DNA of 64,000 nucleotides from Camelus dromedarius (taxonomy: Eukaryota): NCBI RefSeq assembly GCF_036321535.1, contig NC_087436.1, positions 19,098,001 through 19,162,000 on the forward strand, given 5' to 3'. A program made the translations under genes and the position numbers. This document shows, piece after piece, positions 26,839 to 39,413 of this stretch. The stretch's first letter is position 1. Each line of letters starts with the position of its first letter. The notes beneath the pieces are model-generated. The model was not told the origin of the DNA and searched no databases. It saw only the letters and a program-made list of their open reading frames with translations.

Positions 26839-27700
26839 TCAACATATATTGCTTTGACAAAATGCTCATGATACATTACGTAGTAAGATACAAAACACAA
26901 TGTAAAACAGAATTATATTTGGTATGTATCATATACCAACAGTGATTATTTTTAATGTGAGGGTCATAGGTGATTACCAAATTATGTACTGAAGAGTTAT
27001 GACTTAACAATGATTTGAGAAGTTACTTGATAAAACTTTTAGTCCATTGTTGAAAGTAGAGTTTTGTTTTTCAGCTTGTAAAAATGGAATAAATTCTTGC
27101 TTCAGTAGAATTGCAAGTCATATCCTTGCTTAAGCTTTTAAAAATTATTATTCTTGATTCTGGGTGAAGTAAAATTTTTTTTCAGCTTTTAGGAATTACT
27201 GACTTCATTTTGAAGGTGAGGAAACTGTGGCACAAAGAAATTAAGCTGGTTAGTGGTGGGGCTAGTATTAACTAGTCAGCTGGGTTCAGAGTCTGTGCTG
27301 ATAGGCATTGCTCTAGGCAAACCAAGAATTACTTTAATTTCATGACGTGCTAATTATGAAAATTATATACTACAATACAATTTAGTACTTTTTCTCTACT
27401 ATAGGACCATCCTCCAACTGAAAAGAGTAAGAGTTGTTTTTGTTTGTTTTTATAATTGGAACCATCAAATTCTCCAATTATGATGATAATGGAACTGTCA
27501 ATTACTGACTCCAAAAAAATAAGTCATGAAAGAAATAAGGAATAATATAATTTTAAAAAATTAGGGCTGAAGCAGCCAGAGTACATTGATGAAAATTTAA
27601 GAGTGGCTCCAGTGAGATTCGGATAGTGATCATAGCTGTATTCCGAGTTTTTCTATAAATTTTATTTCTGATTTTTTAAATTTGATTTGATCTTTTAAAA

Positions 27701-27877
27701 ACTTATTGCAGTGAAAAGTGCATAACAGAATTTACCATCCTAACTCTTTGTAAGTGTACAGTTCAGTAGTGTTAAGTATATTCATACTGTCATGCAACTG
27801 GTCGCCAGAACCTTTTCTTCTTGCAAAATTGGAACTCAATACGCATTAAACAACAACTCTCAATTTCCCTCTCCTTC
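27701..27877 (-). mobile_element. L1MB-type 3' end with 13-bp flanking direct repeat
   Basis: gtaagtgtacagttcagtagtgttaagtatattcata...cattaaacaacaactc; tgatcttttaaaa at 27688-27700 and 27878-27890. Confidence 0.85.
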
Positions 27878-30800
27878 TGATCTTTTAAAATCTCTGTATG
27901 TATTTCTATTGGAGGATTTACTCATTGCTTTCTTTACTTACTTATTTATTCATTCATCTATCTATTCACTCACTCAGCAAATACCGGAGCACTTAATGGC
28001 CACTAACACGATTAGTAACCATGGCACTGTGTCATTTTAGTGGCAGAGAGAGTGAGGAGGAGTTTGGGACATGTGATCAGGGTGGGGCCGCTGTGAGGTC
28101 ACCTTCACGGGTCAATGGCTTGCTCACATTTAGGTGCCCCACCCTCTAGCATGATCAAATGCACCCATATTCCATAATAAAAGAATGTTTTGGCTCTGAA
28201 ACAATTTTCAAGTTAGATTGTGTTATTTTGTTTTGCAATTGCTTTTTGAAAGAGCCAAACTATGTTTCTGCGCCCTTAATCAGTTCATTGGCCACAAGAA
28301 CCATGCTTTATTGCCGGATGGATGAAATGACTAATTTGGTGTTGATGAAAGTTCTAGAGATTGACTCTGAGTGTTTGATGTACCTAGCAGTGGTGAAAAT
28401 TGTCTGTGCAGCTTTTTTAATCTGGGGTAGAATTTTCATGAGGAGGGTAAACTAGGGCTACTTAAAATATGTGGCCAGAGTGCAGTGAGGACTTCCCTGA
28501 ACATGGGGTTACCCCTGAGGTGATGGTGTTGTAGCTTCCGCATAACTGCTCTGATTGGTCCAGACAAGACCCACATATGGAGGCCCCATAGCAACAGCCA
28601 GGCGGCAGCTGTGTCAGGGGCTGGTGGCAGCATCCTAGTTCCAGGGATGTCCATTCAGGTTAAAGTAGGATACCAGCCAGCAGATGACAAAGGGCAGGCT
28701 GTGGTCCAGGGCATGGCTCCAGCACCCTCAGGGAACTGCAGAGCAAATGAACATGAGCAGAAACCATAGTCATAGGGACTGGGCACCTGGGTGCACTCAG
28801 GGCCAATGTTCAGCCCATGAGCACATATGTGACCAGAGCCCCCTGGTCAGAGTCAAGTACAGGTTCTAGTCCCCACTGCTGCTAAAGATGGAGCTCAAAT
28901 ATACAATGTGGCCTGTTTTCCACTGACTCAGTGCTGTTAGTCTCGTTCTTCAGGTCACATATCTTCAGATTACAGCTGGGATAGCAGGCATGGAGTAGTC
29001 ATGGTCTGACAGACACTTGTAGCAAATCAGTAGCTGTATCTTCTTTAAGAATTGTGACCTATTTGGAAGGACTAATGAAAAGGCAGCATTCACACCACAT
29101 CTGAGGAGCACTGTAGAAAGCTTTCAGACACTGGGTCCATAGGATATGTACCCATGAATTCTGGAGCAGCACAAAGAGGTCTAGTAGGGCCAGATGTCAG
29201 ACCCTGTGACAGAGAGGGCTTTTTAAGAGACAAGATTAGGGAAGCACTGGTGTCTCCCCAAGTACCATCTGGGGCCAGAGCAACAATAACAAGATGATGG
29301 GGCAGAACCTTAACTTTCACCCTCTCTGGCCAGGTTGGCACTAGGGTCTAAGCCTTGAAGCTGCAGCTTTATTCATGGGGAGCAAACCAGTGGTGGGGTT
29401 GACCATGGTTGACCACATTAGCATTCATAGTTGAGTAAGCACCAGCACCCATCCTCTTCCCCACTCCGTTGATTCAGGATCTGAGTCCAAGCCTTGCCTT
29501 TGACCAAATTAATGGCCTTAGCACTGAGACTAGCTGATTTACATGGAACTGTGTAGAGGTGAGTCTGTTTTCTGGAGGGTGAGCCTGGAGGGATTAGTAT
29601 TGGTCAAGGTGACCCTTGATTTCTTTCTTCATTTTTGTCCTTTCTCTTCTCCCTCAATTCAAAGAGAGATGGCTTCTAAGCATTATCTCTCATTCTGTCA
29701 ATAATGCATTCCATTTCAACCCATATGGGCTCTGAGTCCAGACCTTGCTATGGGAGACCAGGTGGATGATTAGAAATAGACTTTGGGAGGTGATCCCAGG
29801 TGCTGATCATGTTCTCTGAAGATGGGCAGGGGAAGATCATTGTAGGAACAGCTCAGGAAGTACACATCTTCCAGCTTGGAATGCCTTTATCTGTGACTTT
29901 AGCACAGGAATTGAGTAAAGGCTAGCCCAGGTCTACAGCATTGATCCCAAGTTCTCCCAGTGACTGGGGAACTTCTGAAGAAGAGATGTCCTAGTCGACA
30001 TGCTCAGTTCAGGGCCTAGAATTTATTGTTGACAGTCAGTTCATTGGGCAGATTCTAGATGGTGTATCTCAGTGTGGTTTTCTGGGAGCTGAGAGGAACC
30101 AAGAGCAAGGGAATGCTGTGAAGACGCACTGCAATGGCTCCCCTTTTCTTCAGTGCATCCAATCATGAAAGGAAGATCCAGTAACAGATTTGTGGAGGAG
30201 GCCACCATTGTAAGGACTGTCCCCTTTACCATCTTGATCTCATGGACAGAAATAGAATTTGGAAGTCCACTTATCCTGTCTTGCTGATGGTCGGTTCTTT
30301 CCTACATTCTCCACCCATTTTTAGTGATCATGGGAAAGATGTCCTCTTTCCTCTTTTTATGCATGAATTTTATGAGGGGCAGTAGTTCAACTTCCCTTTT
30401 AGTGAAGTGTCCACCTCATCTTAGGCAACTCCCTTTAATATCACACACAAAAAAGGAATTCTGTCACTAAGAGTCTTAGCCCCATAAGATTAAGAATTTC
30501 TTCAAGGCTAGTTCCTGCTAATGATCACTAACCAGACATCCTGAAGGCTGGTCACAACATCACCAGCAGACTCTTCCTGCTCCAGTCTTGGTCTTTGATC
30601 TATTTCCAGTTCTCTGACTTGCTTCCAGAAGGATATGTTATGGGCCTGGACAGACGCCCAGTTTACTGGGACAACTGCCATGCTAACAAAGTAATTGGTC
30701 AGCAGCTCTCACAGCAGGCCTGCTGGAGCAATGCTGCTCTGAGAAAACTCACAGAGACAGGAGCAGTAGCAGGTGTGCTGGTCTCCCATTGCCCTTTCAT

Positions 30801-31499
30801 TGGATGCTGTATGTTTAGGGAAGTATTGTCACACTCCTGGTGTGATTGGGGGCCAGACACAATAGCTATGTGATGTTGCAGAGCCTTGATATAAGCTCTA
30901 TCCTGCCACCTTAGCATTCATTACTTGATGTAGAATCAGCCAGCCCCTCCCATTCTGTGATCTGCATGTAGGGGAGGAAGGGGAGGGACAGGGGCTGAGG
31001 TCTCTGCCTTGTGGTTGCAGTCATAGGATATGGCACACATATAGCAAGATTTGCCCCGCAGGCATTCACAACTTAGGGGGTACCAACCTTTCCAGTGTCA
31101 GGAAGAGGAACTCTAGGGTCTAAGCCTTTGCAATAGGTCAGGAATGATTGCCCTAAAATTACTGAGCCTAACTGTTTTCCTTGGAACTTTGCTAGAGTCC
31201 ACCTTCTTTTCCAGGAAACCAGCCTGCAGGATATCAGTCTTGAACAAGTGAACCCTGACCTCTTAAATCTTTAAGTTCTAGGTAAAGAGTGCTTTTAACA
31301 TAAAGAGACTAGGGTCAGATTATGGACACAGAAGTGCTGTCCTTTAAGAACTAGGACAAAGATAGAACCATGATCAAGACTATAAGCTTCAAAATGAGCT
31401 CTACCACCAAAGACTAGATAAACAGCAGTTCAAAGTAGAAGAGAACCAATCAGTTAAAGTAAGAGAAGAGCAAATCTCAGTCCTAGAAGAATGCCTGCT

Positions 31500-32710
31500 A
31501 GACACTGGCATTGAGTGAGGTGCTGTGCCTACCAGCTGTCCTCCAACTGGAGGAGGATCCTACCAGCTCCACATAGCCAGCGAGCAGAGCCAAGGGCTGA
31601 CTGTCTACCCGACTTGCCTATAAATACTGGGACTAAATAGACTGCTCTTAATTGAGGGATGTAGAAAATGCAAGGCAAACAAAGCATTAATCTGAGGAAC
31701 AAATTTATGAATATGATAATTTTAGAAAAATTCTTAGTTTCTTCAGAAAAATACAAATAGATGATAGAAAAGCTTAAGGACAGAACCAGGTGAGATGGCC
31801 ATGCACCCCAGATGAAAGAAGGAAGGCTTTCAATAAAATGTGTTGGTAGAATTAAAATACAGAGTAGAAAAAGTAAAGAGCAGGATTGGTACAATGAAAT
31901 GTTGACTCGATGGTGTTGAAGACGAATTTGAAACATTTTCTCAAAATGTAGGGGAAAGATTCAGAAATGAAAACAATGAAAGTTTCTGAAGTAGAATTGG
32001 CAATAACTGAAATGAAAGCAATAACCAAAGACACTGTAAGAAAGCTTTCTTTTTCATACTCTTTTTCATAATAGGTTTTACTTCTTCTTTTCCAATTTGG
32101 ATTCCTTTTATTTCTTTTTCTTCTCTGATTGCTGTGGCTAGGACTTCCAAAGCTATGTTGAATAAAACTGGTGAGAGTGGGCATCCTTGTCTTGTTCCTG
32201 ATCTTAGAGGAAATGCTTTCAGCTTTTCACCATTAAGTATGAGCTGACTATACTTCATTTTTGAAAAGTTAAAAGAAAAGGAAAGAAAAGAAACCTTTCT
32301 AGACCCTAAAAAGATCTGAATAGGCAGACTGAAATAGCTCTTCATGCGTCAGTCAAAAATAATAAGGGAAGATTCATAACTAAGTAAGTTTTTGGGAACT
32401 TTTTGAATGACTCAGATTAAGACACACTCCCACCTGCATCCAAAGAGAATACACAGATTGCCTGCATTGGGACAAAAATCAGATGGGACTCATTTTTTTT
32501 TTCTCTTTTGCAACAATGAATACCATAAAACAAAAAGAAGTAGAGTTCATGGAGTTTGAGGGTAGGGGAAAGAGAGTGGAATGCTATAGAGCTGAGAATT
32601 GAGAATATGCTACAGAAGTAACTCCTGCAGTAGCAACAGGAAGATAGTCTTACATATGCAAGACTCAGAAAGTTCACAATGAATGTAGTTTCCGTGTATC
32701 CCATATTCTG
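31500..32710 (+). mobile_element. Old L1/HAL1 ORF1-like remnant interrupted at 32075-32246
   Basis: A-rich, decayed; acaaaaatcagatgggactc...gcaacaatgaatacca...gctgagaattgagaat...aagactcagaaagttcac resembles the ORF1 3' part. Confidence 0.5.
32075..32246 (-). mobile_element. Isolated L1 ORF2 reverse-transcriptase fragment
   Basis: Translates [55 protein letters not shown], containing the L1 RT QGCPLSP motif. Confidence 0.93.
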
Positions 32711-33899
32711 GAACCCAGTAAGAGATAAATCAAAATTAAAAATTTTAAGAAGAGGAAAGCCTTCATATAAAAGAACTGATAGTATACACTGAAACTGATT
32801 AAATATAAAGTCAAGAATACAAAAATATCAATAGTTTTGGAAATAGAAGATACAAAGTAGAAAAATAGTGTGATTTAAATTTTTCTCTTTATGATTTTCC
32901 AAACATTTTATAGTAATATTAATTAATTACTTTTGTATCTTATTTTAAAATTAAATTTTATGAGAAACATTTAAAAATAAACTATATAAACATAGAAACT
33001 ATAGGTAAATATTTTGATCTTAAATGGGGAAGATATTCAAAACATAAATACAATTGAACAGAGAACAAAGAAAAACGGTAAGATTTAGTTAAAGATAAAT
33101 ATCTTCTTCCTGCTCCAAGTTCAGAACCACTTCAGAAAAAACACAATAAGACAGATCATAATTAATCACTAAGGCTAGTTGGGGAGCAGAGCTTCTATTT
33201 GTTCAGATCAAACTCTATTATCTCCCAGAATTCATCGTAGCCGCCTAGATACTGAAAGGCTGGTCACTAGTCACTACCGATCATGGGTCTTGGAGCTGGG
33301 ATCCAAAACTTGAGCTCTCTGACTCAGTTCTGGACTCCTAATCCCCCTCACTGAAGTCTCTTGGAAGTTCCCACCCGGCTAACTCAGTAACTCAGTGTGG
33401 ACGGAGAACCAACCATGAAAGCAAAGAATCACAAGCACAGATGTAGGAGATGTGGTTGTCAGCACTGAAAACTGCTCACAGACACCTCAGAAACTTGTCA
33501 AATGAAAGTGTTCAACAGATTTAACAGATTCTTTAGATGCCTTATCTGAGAAGTCAGGGATGTCTGATGTGCCATCCCTGAAGGTAATCTATCCTGAAAG
33601 TATCTCTGTCGCCCAGTCCCACTTGAACTATTATCTCAGGTCATTCATACAACTAGAAGCATCTCAGTATCCGTGGACATCCCCAGAACCGGCTTCCCTT
33701 GCTGAAGAGCAGCTTTAGGTAGATGTGCTGCCTGTCCCATCCCCATCCTGAGCACACAGATGCTCGTGCTCTGTGCGGCAGTATTGCTTTGCCTGTAGGG
33801 ACATTTGGTGGCTTCAAACCATGTCAGTGTATCTACTAAATAAGAAAACCCTGGACCCATTGCTCACCACCTAATATTCATGGGCTTTTGTATCCTTTT

Positions 33900-33985
33900 C
33901 TTTTTTAATGAAGGTACTGGGAATTGAACTCAGGACCTCCTACATGCCAAGCATGCGCTCTACCACTGAGCTATATACCCACCCC
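33900..33985 (-). mobile_element. vic-1-type tRNA-derived SINE (short form)
   Basis: Minus strand gggtatatagctcagtggtagagcgcatgcttggcatgtaggaggtcctgagttcaattcccagtacc followed by an A tail; TSD ggcttttgtatcctttt / ggcttctatatcctttt. Confidence 0.88.
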
Positions 33986-34998
33986 ACTGGCTTCTATATC
34001 CTTTTATTTTTATCTTCCAGCTGCCCCAGACTTAGGGTCTTTATGCTCTGCAGATGGTTGCCGTTCTCAACCTGTTTTCTCACAGCAGCAAATATGATTG
34101 TTTATATTGACTTAGACAGCATGCTCATGAGAATACTGAGATCTCAACACACAAACACACACACAAACACACCTCCTGCCCCCAAAGCAGTAATAATAAT
34201 ACCATTACTGATTATGGGCTGCAGTCAAAGTCAAATAGGCTGAGGGTCATCTGCTACCTGAAGTTCCACAGCCTTTCTCTCCTGCCTACAAAGCACATTG
34301 GAATTCAGATGAGTAATATTTTTTAAAATGACTAATAGCAAATCATCATTATACGTAAAAAAAATAAAATAAACCATTTAAAAACTTTGGTTGTTGTTAT
34401 AAAAAATTACTGGCAGCACGATTTAGAATTATCAGGACACACAGTTGAGCCTCAACACATTTTAGGGTAGAGTTTCTGGCTCTGCTCCATCCATCCATCC
34501 CAAAGTTTGCCTGATAAGCTTCTAAGACCGTTTTCATCATTGCTATCATCAGTCTGGTGTCTTTCCTCTCAGTTTCCCTCTGTATCTCTCTATGTATACT
34601 CCATATTTGCACATCCATCATCTGCTAGACCATGAGAACCCATCCTTTGTTGGATGCCTCTTTCAACAGATCCTTCAGAAAGTAGAGGAAACCTCCAAAC
34701 TCCACCCTGTCTCCTCTCTGCTTTGCGCTCAGATTTGCCTCAGACTTGAGCTCCCCCAGGCACCTCACTTGGAACTGTGTCTGGGATTCTAGTTACCTCT
34801 GTGCTTGGTGGGTAAGTCATTCTCCATCCACCTGGTGGTCTCTTACCTTGGAGTCACACATGCTGCACCGCTTTGCTTTGCTTCTCCAGGGTTGGTGCTG
34901 ACAGCGCTTAGCAACTACACAGCTAAGACAGGACAAGTATTGTATATGATGCTGGTACTTTTTACTTTATCATTTGAGAGAAAGTTTTCAATCATATT

Positions 34999-35372
34999 TG
35001 TTATGGGTTAAATTGTAGATCCTCCCCCCAAAAGATACTGAATTCTTAATCTCCAGGACCGGTGAATGTGACCTTATTTGGAAATAGGGTTTTTGCAGAT
35101 GATCAAGTTAAGATGAGGTTTTTAGGGTGGGCCCTAATCCAGTATGACTGATGTCCTTACCTAAGGGGTCATTTGGGCATAAAGATAGACATATACTGAG
35201 GGAAGATGATGTGAAGACATAGGGAGAACACCAACTACAAGCCAAGGAGCAGCCTGTCAACCCACACCTTGATTTTGGACTTCGACCTCCAGGACTGTGA
35301 GAGAATAGATTCTGTTGTTCAAGCCACCCAGTTTGTGGTTCTTTGTTATGGCAGCCTCAGGAAACCAGCAGA
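34999..35372 (+). mobile_element. MLT1B/C-type MaLR solo LTR with 5-bp TSD
   Basis: tgttatgggttaaattgt...gtgaatgtgaccttatttggaaatagggt...aagccacccagtttgtgg; TSD atatt at 34994-34998 and 35373-35377. Confidence 0.9.
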
Positions 35373-38300
35373 ATATTCAATATGGTGTCAGTGATTGTTC
35401 TTAACTTAAAAAAAAAAAAGAAGAGAGAGATGTTATTCCAGGAAAAAAATAAAGGAATATACTAATGGTGGTGTGATATGACTTGACATGTAAAGAATGT
35501 AATGTTCTTTCATTTTAAAGTCAGAACGTGTATCGTGGGTGGTGATCAACTGAATACTATCTAAAATAATACAAGGACATTTTTTTAAGAAGTCCTTAAT
35601 ATCTCATGGAAACAATCTCTTCCAAGAGTTTTGGCTTTTTACCTTATTCTCTATTCCATTATAAATATGACTTCATTTGGTGAATATTTGTATGCCTCAG
35701 CATTTGAAATGAAGTTTGTCATCACAGTATTCAGTTCTCAAAAAAAAAAAAGATTAAAATACAACAGTGTCATCAAAGATTTTAATATCATCAAAGATGC
35801 CACATCAGAATTGATAGGAATTTCATGGTAATTACTTGTTTGTCATGGAATAATGTTTGCCAGCTTATTAGAAAAACAGCTTTAATAACTAAGAGAAATG
35901 CAAAGGATATATCAGTTTTTAGTGTGGGATTTTATTTTCTCTTTCATTTTATTAAAAATTAATAGAGATGTAAACGCTGTTGAGAGGATTTAAAAACCCA
36001 TCAAATACACAAAATCTCAGCTGCCTGGGCCCCAGAGAAGGGCACCAATGTTGTGGGATGGCCAGAGACTTATTTTGCATCATTTGTCATTCCACACTAA
36101 AAGAATTGGTTACCTTGTGGAATGTTTTATTTTTTAACTGGGTGGGGAAGGGGGTGACTAGCTAATTTTTAAGATTTTATTGAATTCAAAAGTATTAAAA
36201 AGGATAGAAGTTTTTCCAGTTAGTAAAAAATAATGGTGAAGGTTACAGAAGTATTATAGATCCAATCACATTATTAATGATGTAAAAAAGTAGGGGGAAA
36301 TGTTAATTATTGATTGGTTTTTTTCGGATAGCAAGGGAAACCCAGATCTTCAGGGATATTAGGCATATAGGACACAATCTTTAATCAAGATGAAATTGGA
36401 AGCCTGCATATTCGTACACAAGGGTTAAATTAGTGATGGTTAATAGACATTGGATGACTATCTTGGTCGGCATACTTAACCTAACGGCATTTGAACATCA
36501 GGCTAGAGATGAAGTCTAGCAGAGGAAAAACCGTCAGGTTGGGCAATAAACTTAGATTCTCTCTTGACACTGCCATTTGCTAGGTAACTATGTGTATCTG
36601 GGTAATTTATTTAATCGTTATAGCTCTTGTTCTCCTTGTCTCTAAAATGAAGGAGTGGGAGCAGATGTTCTGTGCTCTGAGTCCACTTCCAGCTCTGATT
36701 TCTATGGTCGTTTAAATGGCTACTGAAAGATCAATCCTTAAAAACTAGCAACTTCTTTACTTTTCATTCAGAACATTAAACATATTGGGAGAGGGGAGAC
36801 CTTACTCCGTGAATAACATCCCTGCCGCCTTTCCAAGTGGTAGGATCACTTTTGTGTGCGCAGTAGGTGTTTAGTAGATACATATTCTTTTGGTCTCAAG
36901 AGCTCGAACGCTTTTTCTGCTTGTCCCTGCTGTTTCACACGGAGGCTGGGCTGCTGCTTACAAATGAGGAAACCCTTTAAAGGGTAGTAGCTTGGGTGGG
37001 AACTAGAAGAGGAAAATTGTTCTCTCATGATTAATATTATGTGTTCCTGATTCCTACAGTTGACATTCAAGAAGGGATGCTGTAAGCATGTCACTAAGGG
37101 TCAGAAAAAACTCCTTCCTATGGATGAACAGGTAGATAAGGATTTAGCAAATTGTGAAATAGTTCTCAGTTGTTTAAAAATGAGCTGAGAATTTGTTGTT
37201 TAGTTCTTTTAGATGAATGAATTTTAGAGCTGTTTTGGGTCTTAGAAGCCATCTAGTCCAGACCCTAAGCTGAAACAGAGTAATGAAAGGATTTTGCCGT
37301 GGCCACATAGTTTGTTAGTAGCAGGTGCAAGACTTGGATCCAAAATTCCACGTCCACATCAGCTCCCTTTCCCCTCTCTGTGTCACACTCAGCACAAATA
37401 CACATGGACTATCTCTATAGGTACATGGCCCTACACACTGATTCAGCTGCCATTTAGACAGACGTAGAACAAATCAGATGTATCTGCAACGTACGTAATG
37501 GCAGCCACGTATACAAAAATATTCATAGTATAGATTTATATACATACAGTGCTTTTCCTCATGAATGAGGTAGGTGATATTATTCCAGAAAAAAGGAATT
37601 CTGAGAGGTTAAATATCAACTAAAGCATGTCAAGACTAAGATGCGACCCTGTGTCTTCAGATCTTAGATTCAGTGTCCTCCCCAGTACCCAATGCTACCT
37701 CCCTATACAAAGGTTTGGTCAGCCAACGCCTCACAAGGTTGACCTTCTGGGTTTATTTTTCCTTGATTTATTTTTATTTAAATTGTGACAAGAAAAGGCT
37801 TCTGAAATAAAACTGGTCCTGACAAAACTGTGAATAACAAAACATGGTATCTTCTTTTCTGTGTCCTCTGTCATTTGCCAACTTGTCCAACCATTGCCTC
37901 CATGGTCCTTCCCCCAGCCCCATCCCCCTGAGATTCCCATGTAATGCACAGTAAGAATCCCATTCCATCAGGGCTTACTGGTGACGTGACCCCCTCATGA
38001 CTTAATCTCCACTCCCCTTTTAGCCCCTCCAGATTATGCACATAAAGGATGGTTCTCTAAGAAAACTATCTCTGTGAAGGCTAATACTATAGACAGGGCC
38101 TTGCCAACATGGAAAAGAAGATGGAAGAGAAAATGATTAGCCAACTGAATGCGCGGGGACAGGCAGCCTTGGGTGCCTTTATAACGGGGCTTTTCTTCAT
38201 GCCATGAAATCCATGTATGAGTCAGGCTGTCCAATAATTGTGGGTGGGATAACCTAGAAGCAGGGGAAGATGTAGGAGGCACTAAGACTGGGAGGGAGAG

Positions 38301-38479
38301 TGGGCTGGTCTGCTGGCTGAATAGATGGAAAGGATGACTTCTAGACATGACAGCAGAAGAGGCAGTAGTCAGATATAGGGCAGGGGATCGGAGAAAGGAG
38401 AAAAAAACAACTTTGTATAAATAACACATGCTATAAAGAATTAGTAGCTGTATTCTATGTAAAGCATACATCAATTGGG

Positions 38480-39100
38480 AAGGAAAATGTTAAGACCACT
38501 GTAATTAATAGAAAAAGGATACAAACAGATAATTTGCCAAAAAAGGAAAAGTGTTATGTAATAAATATCTAGGAAAATAACTAACTTCTCTAAAAAAAAT
38601 CAATTTGAATAATTGTGAAATACCATTCAAACTTCCTAAAATACAAAAACAAAACAATCTTGGTTCTTTAAAATAATGCTTCTGTGTATTGCTGGTAATA
38701 ATGTGAATCATTTAAATAGTTTTGGAAAGTAACACGGCAATGCACAGCAATGACAAAACATCTCATACATTTTTATCTATTAATTTCACTTCTAGAAATT
38801 AAGAATAATTTAAATATAGAAAAATACATTAAGGTGTTAATTGAAGCATTATTTATAATGGAGAAATAATCTAAATATCCAAGCACTAGACATATGATTA
38901 AAGTATACATTCCCCCCCAAAGAAATATTATGCAGCCTTTTATAATGCTAATGATAAATATTTAAAGTTATGAAAATATTTAATATGGAAGATAATTCTA
39001 ATAAAACAATTTAGATAAACAAAATAATTATAGTAATCTCTTTATAATTGTCTAAAAGATATACATGGGTAGAAAAGGAGTAGAATGATACTTGACCAAA
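38480..39100 (+). mobile_element. Old L1 (L1ME-type) 3' remnant
   Basis: ttttggaaagtaacacggcaatgc...taatttcacttctagaaatt...gaagcattatttataatgg...ctaaatatccaagcactag. Confidence 0.65.
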
Positions 39101-39299
39101 ACAAAAACATTTTGATTGATTGACGATGTCATTGTCAGTAATTGTTCAGATTTTTCCATGGAGTGCTTCATTCATGCTGATGTAATACTTTGGCCCATAA
39201 AATACGTAAAGCCTATATTGCATTATACTTTTGCTAAATACCACTTACGTAATTTACTCAATTATATTTTCAGAATTCGTTTGTATTTTGGGTCAGGAT

Positions 39300-39413
39300 T
39301 AGGGTGACCAGTCACCCCAATTTGCCTGAGTCTGAGGGAGTTCCTGGGACTCAAGACTTATGGGATAGGAACAAAAAGAAGTCTTGGCAAACTGGGAGGA
39401 ATTGGTCATCTTA
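39300..39413. mobile_element. MER81-like hAT-Blackjack MITE, 114 bp
   Basis: Terminal inverted repeats tagggtgacca...tttgcc / ggcaaa...tggtcatctta. Confidence 0.85.

Noticed and set aside
31941..32345. 134-aa ORF as a novel reverse transcriptase
   Set aside because: Only about 55 residues are L1 RT, ending before the catalytic aspartate motif; the rest is translated flank.
38034..38474. 146-aa minus-strand ORF
   Set aside because: Low-complexity Ser/Leu/Pro-rich translation of a purine-rich plus strand; no homology recognised.
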